Origin: Octopus sinensis
Lineage: Eukaryota
Length of the DNA stretch: 8,282 bases
Assembly (NCBI RefSeq): GCF_006345805.1
Contig: NW_021828468.1
Span: 1-8,282 of the forward strand
Direction of reading: 5' to 3'
The notes under the pieces were generated by a model that saw nothing but the letters and a program-made list of their open reading frames with translations, was not told where the DNA came from and did no database searches. The translations under genes were made by a program, and so were the position numbers. Of this stretch, positions 1 through 6,571 are shown in pieces (positions within the stretch are counted from its first letter, which is position 1; each line of letters begins with the position of its first letter).

Positions 1-45
1 GGAGGACAAAGTGAATTTAAGTGTTCTGCTCAAGAACACAATGCA
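1..45 (-). mobile_element. Possible SINE body fragment cut by the window edge
   Basis: Reverse complement GCATTGTGTTCTTGAGCAGAACACTTAAATTCAC resembles the GTGTCCTTGAGCAAGACACTT motif of CORE/V-type SINE bodies. Only 45 bp are visible. Confidence 0.3.
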
Positions 46-91
<46 letters not shown>

Positions 92-227
92 CGACGACGA
101 TGATGCTGATGTCGATGATGATGATGATGATGATGATGATGACGACGATGATGATGACGACGATGATGATGATGACGATGATGATGACGACGACGACGAC
201 GACGACGACGATGATGATGATGATGAC

Positions 228-265
<38 letters not shown>

Positions 266-277
266 CGATGACGATGG

Positions 278-310
<33 letters not shown>

Positions 311-344
311 CGACGACGACGAATGCTGATGTCGATGATGATGG

Positions 345-375
<31 letters not shown>

Positions 376-518
376 GATGATGATGACAACGAAGATGATG
401 ATGATGACGACGATGATGATGATGATGATAATGATGATGATGATGATGATGATAATGATGACAACGAAGATGATGATGATGATGATGATGATGACGACGA
501 CGATGACGATGATGAATG
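46..518. repeat. Compound (GAT/GAC)n trinucleotide microsatellite, about 470 bp
   Basis: Directly visible; interrupted by GCT, GTC, GGT, AAT, AAC and GAA triplets and a 1-nt phase shift at 321-324. Confidence 0.98.
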
Positions 519-595
519 TTAGTAGCAAAATGGCGAATGATAATTGGCAGGTGGTAGAAATTCGTTTTTTCTTATGGCATGGCCCCATAACCACT

Positions 596-603
596 TGACG
601 TCA
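596..603. promoter_or_regulatory. Perfect palindromic CRE/ATF motif TGACGTCA
   Basis: Exact motif in unique sequence; function is not demonstrated. Confidence 0.2.
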
Positions 604-1092
604 TTTTGATTGCAGGTGAGCTGAAATGCTAAGGATTGATGGCATAAATTGACAGAAAAAAAGAACAAATTTATTCCGTCCTATGCCCTCGTCAAGTCGT
701 ATTTTGACTTACTAAAAAAGCATTATGAAGGATGAAAATGACAAAAATACGAAAAAAAGAAGCTGGTATTAAATTTGCATGAGTTCCATAGTGATCCAGA
801 AGGATCAAATTATCAACTCCCTGAATAGAGTAGACGCCAAAAACAGACGACAAAAGCACACGCACCACTTTTCCTCGACACGTTAGATGACGATAATAAA
901 AGTGGAGAAACCAAAAAAAAAATTATTTAAATTATAATTATTGGTGAAAAAGACGAATCATTTGAAAGAAATGTGCATGATAAAATATTTAAGTGTGCGT
1001 CACAAACGAAAAATAAAAAATTGTAAGCATAAATAGCAAAACCACAATCAGTTATACCCAGCAGGTAATTTTTAAATCTGTTTATAATTTAC

Positions 1093-1255
1093 CTGCCAGC
1101 ATGAAGGTAGTGGAACAATCTTCCAATTTGCTTCTTCCAGGTATTGTTAGAATTATGGTAAATGCGGTAACTATTCTCCGTTTTGTGAAAGTAGGAAATT
1201 TTCGACGTGCAGAAAATCAGACGTGAGAAGCCTTGTGTTGCGTTGAGAGACGTCA
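1093..1255 (-). other. Candidate internal exon (unidentified)
   Basis: Minus strand: acceptor TAATTTCCTATGTAG before 1255 and donor CAG|GTAAAT after 1093. One frame is open throughout (TSLNATQGFSRL...WKKQIGRLFHYLHAG). No recognisable homology. Confidence 0.15.
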
Positions 1256-1397
1256 CTACATAGGAAATTACTAAATGGCTTAAGAACATCGAGTCACTTG
1301 AATGGGATTTAATATACACGTCTGCCGTCTATCAAAATTTGATATGTGGATGTAGTATAATGTGGGACAAATAATAATTGCAGAAATAAATCAGATT

Positions 1398-1814
1398 GAG
1401 GCGGCGAGCTGGCAGAAACGTTAGCACGCCGGGCGAAATGCGTAGCCGTATTTCGTCTGCCGTTACGTTCTGAGTTCAAATTCCGCCGAGGTCGACTTTG
1501 CCTTTCATCCTTTCGGGGTCGATAAATTAAGTACCAGTTGCGCAATGGGGTCGAAATAATTGAATTAATCCGTTTGTCTGTCCTTGTTTGCCCCCTCTGT
1601 GTTTATCCCCTTGTGGGTAGTAAAGAAATAGGTATTTCGTCTGCTGCTACGTTCTGAGTTCAAATTCCGCCGAGGTCGACTTTGCCTTTCATCGTTTCGA
1701 GGTCGATAAATTAAGTACCAGTTACGCACTGGGGTCGATGTAATCGACTTAACCTTTTTGTCTGTCCTTGTTTGCCCCCTCTGTGTTTAGCACCTTGTAG
1801 GCAATAAAGAAATA
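1398..1814 (+). mobile_element. Family A tRNA-derived SINE, head-to-tail dimer with 16-bp TSD
   Basis: A-box-like TGGCAGAAACGT (1410-1421), B-box GAGTTCAAATTCC (1472-1484), conserved central domain and AAAGAAATA tail. The second monomer restarts at GTATTTCGTC (1632; period 184). TSD AGAAATAAATCAGATT at 1382-1397 and 1815-1830. Confidence 0.92.
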
Positions 1815-1872
1815 AGAAATAAATCAGATTTAAACTTTCTGAAACCGACTCACAAGGCTACCACAAATTGTG

Positions 1873-2071
1873 GTTTCAAATTCTGGCAAAAGGCCAGAAA
1901 TTTTAGATGAGGGCGTAAGTCGATAACATCGATCCCAGTGTTCAAGTCGTACTTATTTTATCGACCCAAAGGGATGAAAGGATGAAAGACCTCGACGGGA
2001 TTCGAACTCAAAACAGTAAAACAAGATGAAATGCTACTAAGCATTTTGTTTGGCTTGGTCATGATTCTGCC
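1873..2071 (-). mobile_element. Family A SINE, older diverged copy with a different 3' tail
   Basis: Minus-strand B box GAGTTCGAATCCC (1997-2009) and central domain GGGTCGATAAAATAAGTACGAC; alignable by eye to 1398-1630. Confidence 0.8.
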
Positions 2072-2119
2072 TTGGTACAGGAACAGCAGCTGTTTTGTTG
2101 TTTTTTTTTGTTTATGGGT

Positions 2120-2152
2120 GGGGGTCGATTACATCATTCCCAAATTTCAACT
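2120..2152 (-). mobile_element. Family A SINE, 3' portion of a copy split by the family B insertion
   Basis: GTCGATTACATCATTCCCAAATTTCAACT matches family A GTCGATTACATCGACCCCAGTGCGTAACT and resumes at 2621. Confidence 0.55.
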
Positions 2153-2602
2153 ATTTACTCTTTTACTCTTTTACTTGTTTCAGTCATTTGACTGTGGCCA
2201 TGCTGGAGCACCGCCTTTAGTCGAGAAAATCGACCCCAGGACTTATTCTTTGTAAGCCTAGTACTTATTCTATCGGTCGCTTTTTGCCGAACCGTTAAGT
2301 TACGGGGACGTAAACACACCAGCATCGGTTGTCAAGCGATGTTGGTGGGGACACACAAACATATACACAGACACACAAACATATACACAGACACACAAAC
2401 ATATACACACACATACATATATATATATACATATATACGACGGGCTTCTTTCAGTTTCTGTCTACCAAATCCACTCACAAGGCTTTTGGTCGGCCCGAGG
2501 CTATAGTAGAAGACACTTGCCCAAGGTGCCACGCAGTGGGACTGAACCCGGATCCATGTGGTTCGTTAGCAAGCTACTTACCACACAGCCACTCCTACGC
2601 CT
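2153..2602 (-). mobile_element. Family B tRNA-derived SINE (CORE-like), full length
   Basis: Minus strand: head GGCGTAGGAGTGGCTGTGTGGTAAG, B-box-like GGGTTCAGTCCC, CORE-like ACCTTGGGCAAGTGTCTT, internal (TG/TA)n tract and (GAGTAAAA)n tail. Homologous to 4711-5113, 5142-5375 and 6472-6571. Confidence 0.88.
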
Positions 2603-2603
2603 A

Positions 2604-2639
2604 GATAAAATAAGTACCATAACTGGTACTTATTTTATC
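2604..2639. repeat. Perfect 16-bp inverted repeat with 4-nt loop
   Basis: GATAAAATAAGTACCA (2604-2619) - TAAC - TGGTACTTATTTTATC (2624-2639). Confidence 0.95.
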
Positions 2640-2704
2640 GACCTCGGCGGAATTTGAGCTCAGAACGTGAAGACGGGCGCTAACAGTTTGCCAGCTCGCC
2701 GTCT
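2621..2704 (-). mobile_element. Family A SINE, 5' portion with two internal deletions
   Basis: AACTGGTACTTATTTTATCGACC|TCGGCGGAATTTGAGCTCAG...GCTAACAGTTTGCCAGCTCGCC. Lacks the 27-bp segment between the two TCGACC repeats seen in intact copies. Confidence 0.8.
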
Positions 2705-3049
2705 TAAAGGTCACAGAAATGATAAAACCAAGATGGCTACCACAGACAACTACGTAATGTCAGATCAGTCTTACTGTTAGATGTCAGAGATTTATTACAA
2801 CTAAGTAAGAGAAGTAAAATTTCTTACAGGAAAAAATCTTGTCACATACAATCAATATGTATGTCATCGCATGCAATCAGTATGCAGAGCACTTTATAGA
2901 AACACATTTAACAGCAAACACATCAAATGCAGAAATACACAAGATAAAATGTGCCGGCTTCTGTACTGACACAAAAAAAGCCATTTGTGTAGAGTTGGTA
3001 TGTACATCCGTTAGGCTGTCACGTTTAGATTTAGTTTGTGACACATAAA

Positions 3050-3449
3050 ACTTTATATATAAAAGAAAGGTTGTGTGTGTGTCCGTCTACTCCGATTTAG
3101 ATTCCTAACTACTCCCACATTTTGCGGTGCAGTTTAACCCAAACCGGGTATCTTATAGTCGTGATTCATATCAAGCCCTTCTGGGTATTAGCGCGCGTCT
3201 ACAATGAGTCTACGATTTTTAAAATAATTTACCATAATTTTTTTTCCATTTTAATGCATATTTTTTTTAATATAAGGGAAGTAACTCTCTAAAAATGTCT
3301 ACGATGAGTCAACGATTTAAAAAAAATTTACCATAATTTTTTTTCCATTTTTAATGCATTTTTTTTGCTATTTTTGGGCTATAACTCTCTAAAAATGCTT
3401 TATAGTTATTTCCCTTACAAACCCGAGCAACGCCGGGCGATACTGCTAG
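3050..3449 (+). mobile_element. Non-autonomous Helitron
   Basis: 3' GC-rich hairpin CCCG-A-GC-AAC-GC-CGGG (3422-3437), 8 nt before terminal CTAG (3446-3449), which is followed by T. The 5' end ACTTTATATATAAAAG fits a TC start with one change and is preceded by A. Near-5' GT/GTCY microsatellite and internal tandem repeat. No Rep/helicase ORF. Confidence 0.8.
3197..3397 (+). repeat. Two-copy 100-bp tandem repeat inside the Helitron
   Basis: GTCTACAATGAGTC at 3197 and GTCTACGATGAGTC at 3297; both units end TAACTCTCTAAAAATG. Confidence 0.92.
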
Positions 3450-3601
3450 TAGAATATAAAATAACTCGATGTCGTAATACGCATATCATGTCTCCCAGCT
3501 GAAGTCTCCGATCATGATCGAAATTTTGAAGCTGCCCCATAAAAACAGGAGAGGAATTCACCAAACCAAAACAACATATTAATATAATCGTAATGAGTGG
3601 C

Positions 3602-3766
3602 TTAAACCTCTCTAATCTCAAATGGTCTGATCACTCCCTTGTGATTGTCATTGCATGGACAAAGATTCTCAACTTGTAAACATGCTGTTCGTGGAACAAA
3701 TAATTTTTCGCACAAGGAGCAACAATACTCTTCATCTCTGCATTTGAAATAACATAGAAATCGTGC
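3602..3766 (-). other. Cys-rich stop-to-stop frame (54 aa), possible exon or coding relic
   Basis: ARFLCYFKCRDEEYCCSLCEKLFVPRTACLQVENLCPCNDNHKGVIRPFEIREV*, with a possible acceptor TTTCAAATGCAG before 3737. No ATG and no recognised family. Confidence 0.15.
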
Positions 3767-4025
3767 TTAACGTCAAGGTGAATCGTCCAATTTTCTCTTA
3801 TCATAATTTAAGTAACAGTGTGAAGCTTCAAGGATAGATACTGCAATTGCACCTTACACGGAGTCCTCAAACTCTTTCCATCCTGGATTTCAACATGGCT
3901 CACTAGAAATCAATACAAAAATAGATTTACAAACAGAACTATATGATATATTTAATGTTAGTGTATCACTGAAAAGTCAGAGGCTGCAGTTGTCGTCCAC
4001 GAAAATATGGTACATAGATAAAGAT

Positions 4026-4507
4026 ATTCTTTTCTACTCTAGGCACAAGGCCCGAAATTTTGGGGGCCAATCGATTAGATCGACGCAGTACGCAACTGGT
4101 ACTTAATTTATCGACCCCGAAAGGATGAAAGGCAAAGTCGACCTCGGCAGGATTTGACCTCAGAACGTAAAGACAGGCGAAATACCGCTAAGCAGTTCGC
4201 CCGGCGTGCTAAAGTTTCTTATTTCTTTATTGCCCACAGGAGCTAGACATAAATGGGACAAACAAGGACAGATAACGGGATTAAGTCGATTACATTGATC
4301 CTGGTGATTAACTGGTACTCATTTAATCGACCCCGAAAGGACGAAATGTAAAGTCGTCTTCGGCGGAATTTGAACTCAGAACGTAACGGCAGACGAAACA
4401 CCACTAGGCATTTCGCCCGGCGTGCTAACGTTTCTTTTCTACTCTAGGCACAAGGCCTGAACTTTTAGGGAAGGGGGCCAGTCGATTAGATCGATCCCAG
4501 TACGCAC
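4026..4507 (-). mobile_element. Family A SINE chain of three units with alternating tails
   Basis: Units 4026-4219 (tail type 2), 4215-4435 (tail type 1) and 4431-4507 (tail type 2, truncated). Both junctions share TTTCT (AGAAA on the minus strand) at the A box. Confidence 0.88.
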
Positions 4508-4702
4508 TAGATTCCTTGGAAGAAAGCAGCGAATGTATACGAAAACAAGGACGGAAAAAACGGAGAAATGGTACACAAAATGCAAATGCAAATAAAAGAC
4601 ATTAACAACAGGCGTCTTTCGACTAAAGACGAATTAAATTAAGCTGGAGTGTGTGGAAGTGAAGCCTTACGGCAGGGACATGCGAAATGACAGACATAGG
4701 AT
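4508..4702 (-). mobile_element. Unclassified interspersed repeat fragment, possibly a Penelope-like 3' UTR/pLTR
   Basis: Abruptly truncates the SINE chain, contains the hairpin CGTCTTT-CGACT-AAAGACG and abuts (TA)n. The class is suggested only by recalled resemblance to octopus repeats. Confidence 0.35.
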
Positions 4703-4710
4703 ATATATAT

Positions 4711-5113
4711 TTCTCTTTTTGTTTCTTTCAGATATTGAACTGTGGCCATGCAGAGGCAATACCTGTAAGGGTTTTAGTCGAACGAATTGCACCACCACCC
4801 CTCATCATTCCTTAATTTTCAAAGCCAGGTACTAATTATATCGATCTATTTTTCCGAACTGCTACGTTAAGACGGACGTTAAAAAACCAGCAACGGTTGT
4901 CAGGCGGTGATAGAGAACAAACACAAAGACGTGCATCATAAATATGTATATATATGTATATGACGGGCTTCCACACAGTTTCCGTTTTCCATATTCTCTC
5001 ACAAGTTATCATTGGTTAACCTGGGGCTAAAATAGAAGACACTTGCCCGAGGTGTCAAGCATTGGTATTGATCACGAAACGATGTGGTTGCGAAATGAAT
5101 TTCTTAACACCCA
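4711..5113 (-). mobile_element. Family B SINE, old diverged copy
   Basis: Co-linear with 2153-2602: TGTGGCCATGC, CGGTTGTCA, GACGGGCTT, CTCACAAG, TAGAAGACACTTGCCCGAGGTG, ATGTGGTTG. Confidence 0.8.
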
Positions 5114-5141
5114 GTGGGCGTGCGTGTGAGTGAGAATGGAG

Positions 5142-5375
5142 TGTGAGTGGATTTGATAAACGGAAACTGAAAGAAACCCAAGGTATATATGTATATATGT
5201 GTGTATGATGTGTGTGCGCGCGCGTGTGTGTGTGTGTGTGTTTGTGTGTTTGTGTTTGTCCTCCCCGCAACTTAGTGGTTCGGCAAAAGAGACTTACAAA
5301 GAATAAGTCCTGTTCAACTAAAGGCGGTGCTCCAGCATGGCCGCAGTCAAATGACTGAAACAAATAAAATAAAAC
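5142..5375 (+). mobile_element. Family B SINE, headless copy with internal deletions
   Basis: TGTGAGTGGATTTG...GGAAACTGAAAGAA, (TG)n, GGTTCGGCAAAAGAGAC and AAAGGCGGTGCTCCAGCATGGCCGCAGTCAAATGACTGAAAC match the reverse complement of 2153-2480. Confidence 0.85.
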
Positions 5376-5384
5376 AATACATCT

Positions 5385-5612
5385 ACGTGTGTGTGTATGT
5401 ATGTATGTATCTATCCATCTATCTACATACCGTATATTATATATATATAATATATATATATATATATTATGTATATATATATATATATATATATTATTAT
5501 ATATATATTATATATATATTATATATATATATATACTATATATAAATATAATATATATACATATACATACATATAATATACCTATACATATATATATACA
5601 TACATATATATA

Positions 5613-5650
<38 letters not shown>
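5385..5650. repeat. (TA)n/(TATG)n compound microsatellite
   Basis: Directly visible; explains ORFs 5327-5545, 5389-5721 and 5536-5718. Confidence 0.97.
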
Positions 5651-5652
<2 letters not shown>

Positions 5653-5667
5653 GCACGCACAAACACA

Positions 5668-5686
5668 AGTGCGCGCGCGCGCGCGC
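5668..5686. repeat. (GC)n alternating tract, Z-DNA-prone
   Basis: GTGCGCGCGCGCGCGC directly visible. Confidence 0.85.
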
Positions 5687-5951
5687 TTTGCAGCAGCAGT
5701 CTTGTTTTTAACTGGCAATAAAATGCGATACTTAATTTTTAGACTTCCGAATCACTGATTTTTCTCAAAAGGATAATTCCAAGGAATTTCTTTTGAAAAA
5801 TTCTTTATTTTCTCACAGTTCTATAATGTTCTTTAATTTATTTATTTGTTTCTTTTTCTGGTAAACAACCAATATTCTTCCGACTCTTTTGATTTTTCCT
5901 CTTCTTTTTTTTTTTTTGTTCTTTTAATTTTGTTTTTCTTCCTTTCATTAA

Positions 5952-6200
5952 CATCGCATATGCCGCCGACTTGCTCTGCCAAATACTTATATCGAATTTC
6001 ACATTTTTCATAGTCAAGAAAGCCACTGTAATTTGAAATCGAAATATATCGCAACAAATGAATGGTTCTTTGGTTCGCCAAAGAATGAGAATATCATCTT
6101 CGCATCGAATGGTGAGAATCTGGCAGTTGCCAATCTATTTACGAAGCGTTTTGGACCATTGAATGCCGATGGAAATATAGGGTGTGGGCGCAGGCATAGC
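5952..6200. other. Unique island with reading frames open on both strands; candidate exon (+, 6014-6111) or decayed RT fragment (-)
   Basis: Plus frame is open from 5952 to 6329, with acceptor TTTCACATTTTTCATAG (6013) and donor ATG|GTGAGA (6112). The same-register minus frame is open from 6134 to 5838 and contains RCEDDILILW (6078-6107). Confidence 0.25.
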
Positions 6201-6225
6201 ACATATATCCACAGGCAAAGCTATA

Positions 6226-6454
6226 TATTTCCTTACTACCCACAAGGGGCCAAACACAGAGGAGACAAACAAGGACAGACAAAGGGATCAAATCGATTAC
6301 ATCGACCCCAGTGCGTAACTGGTACTTAATTTATCGACCCCGGAAGGATGAAAGGCAAAGTCGACCTCGGCGGAATTTGAACTCAGAACGTAACGGCAGA
6401 CGAAATACGGCAATGCATTTCGCCCGGCGTGCTAACGTTTCTGCCAGCTCGACG
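6226..6454 (-). mobile_element. Family A SINE, full-length monomer with 14-bp TSD (1 mismatch)
   Basis: Complete head, A/B boxes, central domain and tail type 1. TSD CAGGCAAAG[C/A]TATA at 6212-6225 and 6455-6468. Confidence 0.92.
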
Positions 6455-6471
6455 CAGGCAAAGATATAAAA

Positions 6472-6571
6472 GCAGGCATAGATGTCGTTGCGGGTTCAAT
6501 ACCTTGGACAACTGTCTTCTACTATAGAACTTCTACAAGGCCTTGTGAGTGGATTTGGTAAATGGAAGCTG
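6472..6571 (+). mobile_element. Family B SINE fragment, heavily deleted (head remnant also at 6186-6199)
   Basis: CGGGTTCAAT, ACCTTGGACAACTGTCTTCTACTATAG and GCCTTGTGAGTGGATTTGGTA match family B. Confidence 0.7.

Noticed and set aside
30-464. Minus-strand poly-Ser/Ile ORF
   Set aside because: Reverse complement of the same microsatellite.
21-522. Poly-Asp ORFs as an acidic biomineralisation (aspein-like) protein
   Set aside because: No ATG or signal peptide, a frameshift at 321-324, and all frames are open simply because of the triplet repeat; GAT to GAC is also the expected transition.
1398-1490. tRNA gene
   Set aside because: Has A/B boxes but no complete cloverleaf, and it continues into a SINE body and tail with a TSD.
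1448-1814. CRISPR array or other prokaryotic system
   Set aside because: The repeats are 184-bp SINE monomers without unique spacers; the context is eukaryotic and no cas-like ORFs are present.
2031-2604. ORFs 2031-2255, 2329-2604 and 2332-2532
   Set aside because: They lie within SINE sequence and its internal microsatellite.
2840-3043. MITE bounded by TGTCACA/TGTGACA
   Set aside because: Only a 7-bp inverted match with no TSD; expected by chance.
3855-3902. Selenoprotein-like frame EPC-TGA-NPGWKEFEDSV
   Set aside because: No match to selenoprotein motifs I know and no SECIS identified; the TGA is most simply a stop.
5327-5721. Tyr/Ile-rich ORFs as membrane proteins
   Set aside because: Translations of (TA)n microsatellite.
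5759-5800. AT-rich imperfect hairpin as a terminator or MITE
   Set aside because: Low complexity with several bulges and no TSD; rho-independent terminators are irrelevant in this eukaryotic context.
5819-5860. 42-nt exon between TTCTCACAG and GTAAAC
   Set aside because: The interior is a T-rich low-complexity tract, unlike coding sequence.
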